64,000 nucleotides of DNA from a virus (lineage: Duplodnaviria; Caudoviricetes): positions 64,001-128,000 of IMG/VR virus record IMGVR_UViG_3300033074_001674. One strand, given 5' to 3'. A program made the position numbers and the translations under genes. The notes below the pieces were generated by a model that was not told the origin of the DNA, searched no databases, and was given only the letters and a program-made list of their open reading frames with translations. The stretch's first letter is position 1. Each line of letters begins with the position of its first letter. Shown piece by piece: positions 44,463 to 55,900 of the stretch.

Positions 44463-46893
44463 CTCTATTACCTCCGCCAAATAAAGCACGATTGCTAGAT
44501 TGGCTGACAAATTGTTTAGTCACATTTACACGGGAATTTTCAACGAAACCAATCTGATTTTGAGGAAGGACTCTTGGCCCGGCACCATTGGTAAGTAATG
44601 CAAATCTCGCCCAATCTTCTTTAGAGAATTCTCCAAATTTCCTTGTAAAAGTTTGAAGTCCATAACTAGTAGTTAATCCCCCGCCACCAAAAGATATAGA
44701 TGTTGAAGTTATATTGGCATTTTTCTCTAGACTATCTCCTAAATTCATTTCTGGATAGCCTTCAATTGTTATATTGGCGCTAAACACTTCTCTTTGAAGA
44801 GAAGTTGCATTGTCTACTTTTAATTGCATCGCTCCACTCATTAGCGCTAGCCCTCCAAATTCCCAAGGAGCGAATCCATCATCTTGTAATATTTCTAACT
44901 TGCCTTGAGTTTCACCATCTAGTTCAGAAGAAAAAACAGGACCATATCTTCTATATCTAGACCTTGTTGGTATATATGCTTGAGCGGGTTGATAGCATTT
45001 TGCCGCTATTTCAAACAATGATGTCCCATAATATCTTCGCAACAAGCTTTCTAGATAATCATTCACTGTCAAAGCATTGCCATCTGCATCAGTTTTTGCA
45101 TCATTGCCGGCGTTGTCATTCTCTTGATTGTATGCATCAATCGCCATTTGCATTAGCTCTTCTGCTGTAGGAATCTTCTCAATTACAGGGCATGGTAGCG
45201 TCAATACCCCATCTTTATCTACTGTGCATGCCATATATAGCTTTGTTCTAAAGGATTCAGTATAAGGATTCTCGCTATCATTGTACACATAGTTGGCGCG
45301 GTCAGTATTAAATGTGGCGCCAGAAGGCGCAAAATTATCTTTAAGTTCGACAACTAAAATTGAGCCATTTTGGCCAGGTTCACCAGGAAGGATTGTTGAG
45401 AAAGTTGTGCCAAATTTAGTAACATTCCTAAATACATCTTGACTTCCAAACAGGCTTGTTAAATTAGATAAGCCTAAACTAAATGCTCCTCCGGCCCCTT
45501 CATTGTTAAACTCAACAAATGCCCGTGTACGGCCATCTTTCTGTTGAAAATACTCATATGGGTCGTCATTGCCAACTATGGCACCTCTTGTCCATGCAGA
45601 GTCTATTATCTCATCGAATATATCATCATGAACCCAACGTTTCCCATAAGTTGCTTCCGCGTGAGCATGTAGCTTTTCAAATAGCTGGCCAGCGTTAGAA
45701 TAACGCGCATCTTGCACGCCCAATAAATAATTGGCCTTGCGTTCTTTGTTTTTTGGTATATTGCCATTTCCATCTAGAACATTTTGGGCAAAAAGAGAAT
45801 CTAAAACAAAAAGAGGATTAATATCTGTATCCAGCAATGTTCCACCATATCTACTAAATCCTCCACCGCCACCATATTCTTGTGGTATCCCAAGCCATAT
45901 TTCCCATCCAAGTTTGCCGCCAAGAACAACGCGCATTTCTGTTTCTGTCATTAAATATTTATGATTGCCACTTTCAGAAGAAAGGTCTAAAGGCTCATTG
46001 GCTAGCCCTTTCACAGCTACACGAGTTAATTGTTCTACAGGGGCGCCTAATAGCGCCAAACATGCAACATCATTTCTAAGTTCGATACCAGATGTACAAG
46101 ATACCACTTTGCCGTTGTGATTGTTTAGAAATGTAGGCAAGTTAATTGTGGTTTGGTCTCTACTTCTGTCTATTAAACTAATAGAAACATCTATAACTCC
46201 ATCAGAGGCCCTTTCCGAATTGACAAACCAATCAAAAGAGTGTCTAGATGATAAATCCTCCACTATATTAGAAATGGGCACCAAATTTGTATTAATTCTA
46301 TATTCTGGGTCCACTCTATCTAGAAGCGCCGTGAAGTTGAACCTGTAACGCTCTCCGAACGCGTTGGCTATTTGCTGACCAATAGGTACGTGTGTTGACC
46401 CAAAGAGAATATTGTCGCCATGCAGAGCATTAAGGATTCGCTTGAACTGCATGCCTGCTTGTGTCCAGCCCGACAAATTTATGACACCACCTTCTACATA
46501 GAAAGCGCTAAAAATGTCAATACAAGAGCATTGAGTGTTTCTAACCTTCATTGTAACGGCCTCGTACCCTGGAGACAAAATCACAGGGATTGACCGCATT
46601 ATATCTCTAACATCATACATCGTTATATTTATTTGTCTGCCACCAATATTCCTTATGTCTTTTTCGTATCTTTTTATTATGCCTGAGAATTTCCAAGTAG
46701 GACCAATTTCTATTGTGTGGTAAGACCCTACAATTGGCTCCTCAAAAAATGCACTTGTAAGAGGGTCTTCAACGACAGTAATTGTGCATGAGCTTGGATT
46801 TGTAGATAAGCCTAAAGATGTGCTAATGTTTTTAACATATGCTCCAAGGAATTTTGCCGGCTGGCCGTTTAATCCAAGATTAGTTGTAGTCAT
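44455..46893 (-). CDS. putative baseplate hub/tail tip protein
   Basis: Position downstream of the tape measure; beta-rich N- and C-termini resembling gp27/Tal-like hubs. Confidence 0.55.
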   Translation of the reverse strand: MTTTNLGLNGQPAKFLGAYVKNISTSLGLSTNPSSCTITVVEDPLTSAFFEEPIVGSYHTIEIGPTWKFSGIIKRYEKDIRNIGGRQINITMYDVRDIMRSIPVILSPGYEAVTMKVRNTQCSCIDIFSAFYVEGGVINLSGWTQAGMQFKRILNALHGDNILFGSTHVPIGQQIANAFGERYRFNFTALLDRVDPEYRINTNLVPISNIVEDLSSRHSFDWFVNSERASDGVIDVSISLIDRSRDQTTINLPTFLNNHNGKVVSCTSGIELRNDVACLALLGAPVEQLTRVAVKGLANEPLDLSSESGNHKYLMTETEMRVVLGGKLGWEIWLGIPQEYGGGGGFSRYGGTLLDTDINPLFVLDSLFAQNVLDGNGNIPKNKERKANYLLGVQDARYSNAGQLFEKLHAHAEATYGKRWVHDDIFDEIIDSAWTRGAIVGNDDPYEYFQQKDGRTRAFVEFNNEGAGGAFSLGLSNLTSLFGSQDVFRNVTKFGTTFSTILPGEPGQNGSILVVELKDNFAPSGATFNTDRANYVYNDSENPYTESFRTKLYMACTVDKDGVLTLPCPVIEKIPTAEELMQMAIDAYNQENDNAGNDAKTDADGNALTVNDYLESLLRRYYGTSLFEIAAKCYQPAQAYIPTRSRYRRYGPVFSSELDGETQGKLEILQDDGFAPWEFGGLALMSGAMQLKVDNATSLQREVFSANITIEGYPEMNLGDSLEKNANITSTSISFGGGGLTTSYGLQTFTRKFGEFSKEDWARFALLTNGAGPRVLPQNQIGFVENSRVNVTKQFVSQSSNRALFGGGNRVG

Positions 46894-48885
46894 TTAGCTA
46901 GCAGTATATGTCCACGTTGTATCTCTCGAAAATACCATTGTATCTCTATCAAAGTTATAGCTATCGGCGATTTTAAACGCTCCTTGAGCTTGAGGTTTCT
47001 CACCTCTATTATTTATGGCAGGAGTGTTATTGATTAAAATGTTTGATTCAGCCAATGCGGCGAGTTCAAGCAAACTATATTGAGATGATGTTAGGGCTTC
47101 ACAAAGACTATTGCCGCTTTGCATAGTATATTGAATTTTAATATTTTTCTCATAGGCCGTGACAGTCTCCTGGTCCTGCAATATTGGGCCATCTGTCTTG
47201 CCTGGAATTTGTATATTCGCAATAACATCTGCCGGCAATTTATAACTAACTGTAATCTTTTCATTAGAAATTAATGGATTGTCAGTTATATGTCTATTAT
47301 CAAAAGTCTGACTATACGTAATTATCCCGTTTAGGAAATTGTAGCCCAGATTACTTCTAATTGGTCTTGTTGAAACACAAGTCCCACTCGGTGCGATTAA
47401 AAGTGCCCTGTCTCTTATCCTGCTCTCAATAGAGCCGAAATATGCGCCAGATGCGCTAGAAAATCTAACTTGTGTGGCCGTTCCAGTCTCAGAGGCCAGA
47501 CCAACGACTGAGCCATTGACAGTTATCGTTGTTAGGGCATTTTCCGAGCTAGTATCTCTAGATACCTGATATTCTTCTCTCCATAGGGGTTGACCTTGCT
47601 CTCTAAAGCCTCTTGTTACAGTACAGCTTTTTCTAATAGAATCAAGTTGAATGGATACTGATTCTATGTTGCCAGATAGAGATGCATCGAAAAACGGCTC
47701 AACATAGTGTGAAATTGGATAATTATTGGCCCAACAATACTCAATAGCATGCTCTATACCAGAAGCACTTCCAGGCCTAATCGTGGCCGTACTAGTTACA
47801 TTTTGTGTTACAGTGCCATCTTCGTTCCTATTTAGCGAACGTTGCACAGACCTATCTTGGAATGGATTTTCTTGAGATATATCAAATGTTATTGAGTAAG
47901 TTACAGTTCCGGCATATCTATTATCTGAGCGTTGACGATTTACAATGCCAGTAGGAGAATTATAATTTATTTCTGGGACTACTACTGTGGTAAATGCATT
48001 TACAGCATTTGTAAATCTCTCAAATGTAGTATCTCCAAATCCCTGCACTGTGCCGTTTATTGATACTTGTTCAACTAATTCGTTAAGTTCATTTAAATTA
48101 GCGGCAGTCTGGACAGTTCTATCATCTTTATAATTGCCAGATGCCATTACCCATGTTTCGGTTAACGAGTATTGGCTCGCTGTTATATTAGATACTTCTT
48201 GTCTTGTGTGATTATATTCTGAATAGCCGTCCAAATCGACCAGTGTGCCAACAAACGGCTGCTTCAAAAATCTATATTGAGTTCTATCTAGGGAGTTAGA
48301 CCTAGCCAAGACAAATGAGCGCGCATTTTCCAAGGCTCCAGTGCCCGCAGGGTAATTGTGTACACCCACTGCGCTAATCTGATGGGATACATTTACTGTG
48401 TCGTCTGGCTGGCTTGAGAAGTCCCAATTGTTCTCAAAAGAACGTATTTTTGAACCGTCCTCAAATTCATCATCGTATTCAAATACTATAGAATAATCTC
48501 TTTTAACAACCATTTGACTATTATCAAAATCTCTACCAACAACTCGTGGGTAGACACTTATTACAGGATATCCAGAAGAGTCAACGATTAGAAGGTTGCC
48601 ATAATCTTCAGATAGGGCGGCTTTTAATTGGTCGCTCTTCCTATCTAATAATTCAAGACAAGTGGCATCTGGATTAACTCCGCTTAAAGCTGGAGTATCT
48701 GGCAATAATGTGCCTGCGAACGTAAGTCTTGTAGTTATACCAAGTTTAGTATCTGCATCGGCTACATTAGAACGCAGTATTTCATTTGTTTCAGCTATAA
48801 ATGGAACTGGACTAAAACAATAGGCTAATCCATCGGATTGCCTTATGTAATACATTCTTGTTCCTGCGTTAGGATTAGCGCCCAT
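46894..48885 (-). CDS. putative distal tail/baseplate protein with internal repeats
   Basis: Recurrent V.VNG.V.G ... G.ITYS.TFD modules; position in the tail module. Confidence 0.55.
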   Translation of the reverse strand: MGANPNAGTRMYYIRQSDGLAYCFSPVPFIAETNEILRSNVADADTKLGITTRLTFAGTLLPDTPALSGVNPDATCLELLDRKSDQLKAALSEDYGNLLIVDSSGYPVISVYPRVVGRDFDNSQMVVKRDYSIVFEYDDEFEDGSKIRSFENNWDFSSQPDDTVNVSHQISAVGVHNYPAGTGALENARSFVLARSNSLDRTQYRFLKQPFVGTLVDLDGYSEYNHTRQEVSNITASQYSLTETWVMASGNYKDDRTVQTAANLNELNELVEQVSINGTVQGFGDTTFERFTNAVNAFTTVVVPEINYNSPTGIVNRQRSDNRYAGTVTYSITFDISQENPFQDRSVQRSLNRNEDGTVTQNVTSTATIRPGSASGIEHAIEYCWANNYPISHYVEPFFDASLSGNIESVSIQLDSIRKSCTVTRGFREQGQPLWREEYQVSRDTSSENALTTITVNGSVVGLASETGTATQVRFSSASGAYFGSIESRIRDRALLIAPSGTCVSTRPIRSNLGYNFLNGIITYSQTFDNRHITDNPLISNEKITVSYKLPADVIANIQIPGKTDGPILQDQETVTAYEKNIKIQYTMQSGNSLCEALTSSQYSLLELAALAESNILINNTPAINNRGEKPQAQGAFKIADSYNFDRDTMVFSRDTTWTYTAS

Positions 48886-48893
48886 ATCTTAAC

Positions 48894-51800
48894 CTATGCA
48901 AATGGATTATAAAAATTACTTGGTAAAGTAACAGAAGGAACTGGCTGTAACTGATAGTTATGAGAAGGACATGCCGTTACACTATTGATACCGCTCGTAA
49001 TTCCTATCAGAGTCCCTAAAATAGTAGAATCGATTCCATTATCTCCAGTTAAAACTCCATAAATTCTACTCTCCTCTATCCCGCTTACACCAAAGAGATA
49101 ACCGTTAATCTCAGTTGGCAGCCAATAAATTCCACTTAGATAACCGTGGATTCCCGTTCCGGCAACATCGTGACCCTTACTATAAGCATACACTGTTCCT
49201 TCATCTGCACCAGACAGCACGTATCCCAATATTTCAGAAGTGCCTCCAGGAGGTGCATGCACATATCCTTTAATTATCTGCTCGCCCGTCTCTCCTTTTA
49301 CAATTCCCCATATCCAGTTAGTGCCATCTACGACATTTGATGTAGATGAGCTGCCTGCTCCTGGACCGCCGCCAACGCTACCGCCACCACTAGCAACCAA
49401 GCCCTCACTACCCAAGTAGCCAAGAATATTGCTTGTTGGAAGTTGCGCAAGAGCATAGCCAAATATATTGCCGCTAACGGGTGCCTTGGCAGCAACAAAT
49501 CCATAAATCATTGGCTGATTTACAGAAAAGTAATCTGGAGAACCTTCCCACCCTTGCGTCATAGCATTGATTGTTGAAGTTAAGCCGCTCGTGGTCGATA
49601 CAAAGCCATAAATTACCTGGGCACCATCGCCATGCTGCGCATTTACAAGCCCAAGTATATTGCTTGCAGGAGCCCCTCCGCTGCCACCAACAACTCCTAA
49701 AATCGATGATGCTGCGTCGATTCCATAGACATAGCCTAAAATTCTTTGGTCACCAGAAACTTCTGGGTTTGTTACACCAGCATCTCCTATATCGCCAAAG
49801 CCTCTTAAATAACCAAGAATCGATGTGCCCCAATCTCCTTCTACGTAACCATAAATTTGAGATGGTCCAGAGCCAGTTGGAACAGAGACAAAGCCTTTTA
49901 TATAACCTGTTGGATAAGTGGTTTCATCAACTCCACTAGTGGCATATACGAAGCCTAACACAGATGATTCGTAATTGCCAAGAACGACGCCAAAAATACT
50001 AGACATCACATCTGCCATAACAGAAGAATCTGTATATCCATATATGTTGGATATCGCGGTATCTTTACTGCCAGATGCATATCCGTATATTTCTGCATTT
50101 ATATGCTTAGATTCAACAAAACCATTAATGTATCCTGTATCGTATGCTAAAGCTGTTTGGACATATCCCTGAATAGAGCCAGGCGGAGCTCCAGAAACAC
50201 CATGGAGATTGTCTATCCACACTGCACCATAACAGAATGGATTGGTTGTTGGGCCTCTCTTATATGTCCATCTTAGTTTCCAATCTCCTGCAGCGAGATA
50301 ATATCTGTATGGTTCCCAATCTTGTAAAATGCCGCTTCTTTGATATCTGATATATCCTGTAGGAGATGTTGCTGCTGCATATTCTCCTGCACTCGGATAT
50401 CCGAGTGGGAATCCTGCATCTCCATCTCCTCCAGCAGTTGAATAGTGAGTTGAAAATGTCAATATATCATTAGGATGCATATCCCCGCGCATCATAAAAG
50501 AAATATAATCGCCACTTCTAGATGCGCCAGTGTTATCGTAGTAATTTGGATATACAGATATATCTACCTCTAGAACTCCACTTGTATTGGGCGTATTCGC
50601 ATTCTGTTCTTCAGTTGAAACCATGACAGAGAAGCCGTCATCATATCCGTTTCCTGCGTTAAACAAACTGAATATGCCACTAGGAACTTTTCCTTCATAT
50701 TCATCTGGTCTAGCTACTCCAGGAATTTCATGAGACGTTGTATATTTTCCAGACGCAGCTATGCCCCATCTGAAATCTCCTCTAGTTATAAAACCTGGTG
50801 GTAAAGTGCCTTTCTCGTGTCTAAATTTTTCAGTTCTTGGCAAACTTTGTCTTAATAGCCACCCATTATACTTGAATAGAGAAGATGTTTTTGAGTCAGT
50901 GGACGGCCTTACATGTCGTCCAAAAGAAGTATGTCCTTGGCCAAATATCTTAATATCTGTGGGGCTATTAAAATTGCTTGTGGGGGCAAATGCATAATCC
51001 CATTCTAGAATTAAATACTTAGCTACACATGGCTTTACAAAAGTAAACATCGATTGATTTGATGGTGTTTGCCATCTTTGAGCTATTGGATATGTAGCTG
51101 GGTCAGCGGCAAGACCTTTGACCATAAATGTAGTGTTTACTACTCCCGATGGTATTTTGCCCCAATCATAGTATGTAGCGTCATCTATTGAGCCAGATAC
51201 CCTAATTGCTCCACAATCCCCTCCATTAGGAAATGTAGAGTTCATGGTTAAATCTAATCGTTCTAGCTTAATTGGTCGAGCAAATTCCAATTTTAGAAGT
51301 GAGCCGGACTGGACTACAGCAAAGCTTGATGTATTAGTGCTTAAGCTATCCAGCTCTGTATGTCCACCTATTTCCCATGGTGGATTAGTCGCTCCATCAA
51401 ATAGGTTATGTGGATTTGTTATTTTGAATGTTTGAGCTATACCATTAAATATAGTCCCAGACGACCTGGTATAATCTATTAAATAATGTGGGAGCTTGAA
51501 TCTATCTAGCGCGGCGGATGCTGTAGGGTCCCAAACAACAAGAGCAGAGCCGCTATCTGCAGTTGGAGGAGTTGTTACAGTAACAAGCCTCTCAAGCTTA
51601 GCAGGTGCTCCAGAAGTTGGCTGAGTGCAGTGTTTTAGGCATCTGAAATTTTCTATATGAGGAATGCCCCTGTTGCCCCCAGCTATATCTGAACCAGGCT
51701 CTACTACGTATTGGTACCCAGACGGATAATTTTCTATATCACTCATCAGAAAACGAGTATAGTCTGCTGGAGGTTCTCTATTTCTTCCCAAGAATCTTAC

Positions 51801-52943
51801 TATATGCTCTCGTCCCCACTTATCTTCTTTTAGCATATAGAAGACAAAATCTCTATTTTCATTAAATGAAATATCTACTAATGAGCCAGATTCAGCAAGG
51901 TCAAATATGCCTGTTCTAGGAACAGATTCAGTAAATTGAACCCTATAGTTTACTGAGCTTTCTTGAAAAACTCCAGTTACGTGTCCAAGCTCATCTATAA
52001 TCTCACATCGTCTTCTAATGGCGTCTATGCCATAACCATGAGCCCCAAATTGATTTGTTGCCCCTGCGAATATGTCAATGTTCATTAGAACTTCTGGATG
52101 CTTTGTTGGGGCAGTAAATAGCATAAAATTAATGTAGCCTATACCGCTTGTCCACCCAGCGTTCTGCGTAGGCATTGCTCTAATATGACTAGATAGCGAT
52201 GATGTCTGAGCGAACTGTTCTCGTGTAAGCGAACCATCCCCGGGCTGATTCGACCCTGCAGATAAAACAGTCAGCAAATATCCAGGAGGTTCAGTTCCAG
52301 TTCCAGCCATGCCGACAAATGGACCAACACCATTTTCATTTGAGTCATATGTGTAGTCTGGATAGTCAGATGGGAACCCTGGAAAGAATGATAAACCAGA
52401 CGGTGTGCCCTTAAAAGGCGTATGTAGTGTGAATATATTAACCTTTGTTCCAGACGCCTTTAAGAATATAGCAACCTTCGGACACGGATTCTCTGTATAT
52501 GGAAATCCAAGGGATTCTGTTTGTTCTCCCTCCATTACTACCATGGAGCCGCAAATATCTCTAGCGTAAGGAGATGTGGCGTCTACATCAACAAATCCTT
52601 GAGGAGCATCTTCTCCAGATGTTTTTGTCCAAGTATTTCCGTTTTTACCAAGGAACTGGTAGCAGCCGCTACTATTATATCTGAAGAGACAGTGTACGTG
52701 GCCTCTTGGGTCCATAAATGTGTCGAAGTTCCAGTGTGTAGAGAAATCATCTACTGGAGCAACATCTACTGCAGGGCCCCAACTATTACCGCTATCTGCT
52801 GAAGATTTGAATACTAGGGCATTGTTGCCTGTTACATATGCTAAGAATAGATTGCCATCATTTGGGTCTTGCCAGAAGCACCTGCCCCATTTAGGTAGAT
52901 GAATTTTGTATGGTTCAAAATGAACTATGCTTCTGTATGTCAC
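48894..52943 (-). CDS. large virion protein, putative tail fibre/receptor-binding protein
   Basis: Asp-box SADSGNSW, discoidin-like segment, about 25 I-x-G-[YFV] repeats at the C-terminus, Ser-Gly rich. Confidence 0.65.
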   Translation of the reverse strand: MTYRSIVHFEPYKIHLPKWGRCFWQDPNDGNLFLAYVTGNNALVFKSSADSGNSWGPAVDVAPVDDFSTHWNFDTFMDPRGHVHCLFRYNSSGCYQFLGKNGNTWTKTSGEDAPQGFVDVDATSPYARDICGSMVVMEGEQTESLGFPYTENPCPKVAIFLKASGTKVNIFTLHTPFKGTPSGLSFFPGFPSDYPDYTYDSNENGVGPFVGMAGTGTEPPGYLLTVLSAGSNQPGDGSLTREQFAQTSSLSSHIRAMPTQNAGWTSGIGYINFMLFTAPTKHPEVLMNIDIFAGATNQFGAHGYGIDAIRRRCEIIDELGHVTGVFQESSVNYRVQFTESVPRTGIFDLAESGSLVDISFNENRDFVFYMLKEDKWGREHIVRFLGRNREPPADYTRFLMSDIENYPSGYQYVVEPGSDIAGGNRGIPHIENFRCLKHCTQPTSGAPAKLERLVTVTTPPTADSGSALVVWDPTASAALDRFKLPHYLIDYTRSSGTIFNGIAQTFKITNPHNLFDGATNPPWEIGGHTELDSLSTNTSSFAVVQSGSLLKLEFARPIKLERLDLTMNSTFPNGGDCGAIRVSGSIDDATYYDWGKIPSGVVNTTFMVKGLAADPATYPIAQRWQTPSNQSMFTFVKPCVAKYLILEWDYAFAPTSNFNSPTDIKIFGQGHTSFGRHVRPSTDSKTSSLFKYNGWLLRQSLPRTEKFRHEKGTLPPGFITRGDFRWGIAASGKYTTSHEIPGVARPDEYEGKVPSGIFSLFNAGNGYDDGFSVMVSTEEQNANTPNTSGVLEVDISVYPNYYDNTGASRSGDYISFMMRGDMHPNDILTFSTHYSTAGGDGDAGFPLGYPSAGEYAAATSPTGYIRYQRSGILQDWEPYRYYLAAGDWKLRWTYKRGPTTNPFCYGAVWIDNLHGVSGAPPGSIQGYVQTALAYDTGYINGFVESKHINAEIYGYASGSKDTAISNIYGYTDSSVMADVMSSIFGVVLGNYESSVLGFVYATSGVDETTYPTGYIKGFVSVPTGSGPSQIYGYVEGDWGTSILGYLRGFGDIGDAGVTNPEVSGDQRILGYVYGIDAASSILGVVGGSGGAPASNILGLVNAQHGDGAQVIYGFVSTTSGLTSTINAMTQGWEGSPDYFSVNQPMIYGFVAAKAPVSGNIFGYALAQLPTSNILGYLGSEGLVASGGGSVGGGPGAGSSSTSNVVDGTNWIWGIVKGETGEQIIKGYVHAPPGGTSEILGYVLSGADEGTVYAYSKGHDVAGTGIHGYLSGIYWLPTEINGYLFGVSGIEESRIYGVLTGDNGIDSTILGTLIGITSGINSVTACPSHNYQLQPVPSVTLPSNFYNPFA

Positions 52944-55900
52944 TTATTGCCGAGTTGGACCAATAAACGGCTGAGATGTGAGCGATTCTATATCAAAAAC
53001 ACTAACCGCCGATGGGTCTCTCTCGCTTTCCTTTCTTAACAGTTTTAGAACTATTGTCTTAAGCCTTTCAGCTTCCGCCCTATTGCCACCAGCTATTTCA
53101 AGGAAGAGAGCATTAAGCTCCTCTGACGCATTGATTGTCTGGTCAAGCTTCGCCTGAACCTCAACTAGTATATTACTACCATTTACAGAGATTCCTTTAT
53201 TAATTAATTCTTCTATTTTTTCAGATACAGGTTTAAGTGCTAAAACGGTCCTATCTAGGCTGGTGGCTTGAGCCTCAACTAGCCTATCTACAAGCTCTCT
53301 AGCTACATCTGGAGATAATTGAAGGTCTGGAACTTTAATTTCAAGTTTTGTTGGCTCTGAACTTCTCTGTGACGCTTCCTGATTTATAGACTTTAGTTGA
53401 TTTAAACTTTCATTTAGATTTATAATTCCCTCACCTATCTTTGAAATTGACGCTGCTTGTTCATTCGCGAATTGTTTTGTTGCAGATGTTGTTTCTTTTT
53501 GAGCACCTGCGGATACCTGCTGGGGGTCTTGCAGAAGTGGTAGTTGCGGCAAAACTGTCAGTCTAGATATTGCATCAACTATCCTTGTCACACCATCAGA
53601 ATATTGGCTATTGGTCAGCACGTTTGACAGGTTAGGTGCAACATTGGCTAGCGCTGGTCCCAAAAGAGCTAGCGATTCATTAGCCCTAGATGATATTAAG
53701 AGGGCATTTGTTAAATTTTCTTGTATTGATATTTGCTGATTTTCAGCACCAACTGCTCTAGCATCTTTAAGTTGTCTCACGGCTTCTTGTATTTCTGTTT
53801 GTATTTTTACTAATGCCTTTTCATCTCCAGCAGCTCCAGCTATTTTGTTTATAGATTCAGATATTTTTTCATCTATATTAGCGATATTGGCTACTGCTTC
53901 TTGTGTTTTTGCTCCTCTTCCACCTAATGTTGCTAAGGCTATATTTCTAAATTCTTCTGGGCTAAAAGCTTTAGATAATCTAATATTTTGTTGTACTGCA
54001 GCTTCAATGCCTTGGGTTAATTTTTGAATTCCAGCAAAATTTAATTTGCCTTGAAGTTGTTTGATTCTATCAGAAATCAATCTAGCGGCAACTTCTGGGT
54101 CTTCTACATTTGCGGCATTTCTAAAAATACCTCTTGCACTTATGACATCTCTAATTTCTTTTATTGCAGTTTGTGGGTCATCTATTAATCTTTTAGCTCG
54201 TTCTGCCTCTATCGCAATAATATTTTTTTCGGCGTTAGCTCTATCTTGCAAAACATTGATTAAATCTCTTTCACTTTGAGCTTTAGCCTGCACTCTTTTA
54301 ATTTCTAAATCAACAACATCTTGTGCAATCTCAGCCCTAACATTAGCTTCGTTTACCAATTCCTCAATTGCGAATTTTCTAAATTGAGATTCTTCAGATG
54401 CCACATCAGAAGTATCACTAAGGACTCTTACTAGTTCCGCGGATATTTTAGATATCTCACCAATTAAAACTCCGCCAATATCTGACCCAAAGTCAAAGTT
54501 TCCGCCAATAGAATTCTCTATTGAATCACCTATGGCATTTGTTATCCTCTGCACAGCTAATGATGGACCTCGCAGAGGCCCTTCAGCGAATGGTCCAGCA
54601 GGAGTTAAATCTCCTCTAACTGGGATAGCTCTCAATAGAGATTGCCTTTGTAAGTCAAAATTTGATATAGTCTCATCTAATTTTGCAGGAATAATCTCTA
54701 GAGATGCAGTTAGTGCATCCTTTATATCTTGTATAGACCTGTCTATACCAAATCTTATAGAGTTAGCTGTTTTTTTTCTAAAATCTTCTAGGTCTATTAT
54801 TTGAATTCGTATTTCAGATTCTTTATCTAAGTTTTCAGAAATCTTCTTTTGAATTTCAAAAATATCTTTAAATCTATCTACGAACTCTTTGGCAGCACCT
54901 GACCAGGCAGATATTAATCTTTGCGAATCTTTTTGTGCTGCGGATTGAAGTCTTATTATTGCATCTGCACCAAGCTCGATTCCTTTTTGTGTTGTTGTGG
55001 CAATTTGCTCAGTTATCTTTTCAACTTCTTCTTTGAGAGCAACAACGCTTGCCGAGCTTCCTCCAATATCCTCCAATAGTTGAATCCTATCCTTTTTTGC
55101 TCCCAATTGTGAATTTAATGAGTTTAATTCATTTTGAATTTGCTGTCTATCGAAAGATATTTTTAATTCTTCAATTGCAAATTCACTTTGTGTTTGCTGC
55201 TTAAGTTGTTCAATCGCAACTCTTTGAGATAAAGCTATGCCTCTACTTAATCTTTCGCTTTCAGCCTTTGCCTTGACTATTTCTTTTTCGAATCTTGCTG
55301 TTTCAGAAGCATTAAATCTCTCAATCTCACCAAGCGAAGATAATGTTTGTTGTAATGCAATTCTTTTTTGTCGTTGTCTAGCAATTAATGTTTCTGTTTG
55401 TAATCCTTTAGATTCTGCCTCTTGTATATCTACAGCAAGTAGCTCGAGTTCTTTAGTTAATTCAATAGAATGTAGTTTTGCTTTATTTTGATTATCAATA
55501 GTCTTTAGTTCTTCTAAAGCTGCGGCGTTAATTCTTTCCCTCTCAAATGCGGCAGCTTTTTCTATTGTAGCAAGTTGCTGAGCCCTATCTTTTGCTTCTT
55601 TTGCTATTCTATCTGTAGCTGATTCGAATGTGCTAAAACCAGAAGCAATACCGGATATGGCTGCGCCAAGGACTGCACCTATTGCAGTGCCAAGTCCAGG
55701 AGCTATCGCTGAACCTATTGCTGCGCCTAATGTCCCTCCAAGAGTGCCGCCAGAAATACCGCTTTCTACACCTTCTCCAACGGCGGTTCCAAACTTTTCG
55801 CCAACCTTTCTTCCAATTGGCTCAGAGAATAACAGTCCTGCAGTTACAGCAACCCCACCAATTGCTGCCCCCACCTGTCTCCTTGCTGCGCCAGAAAAAC

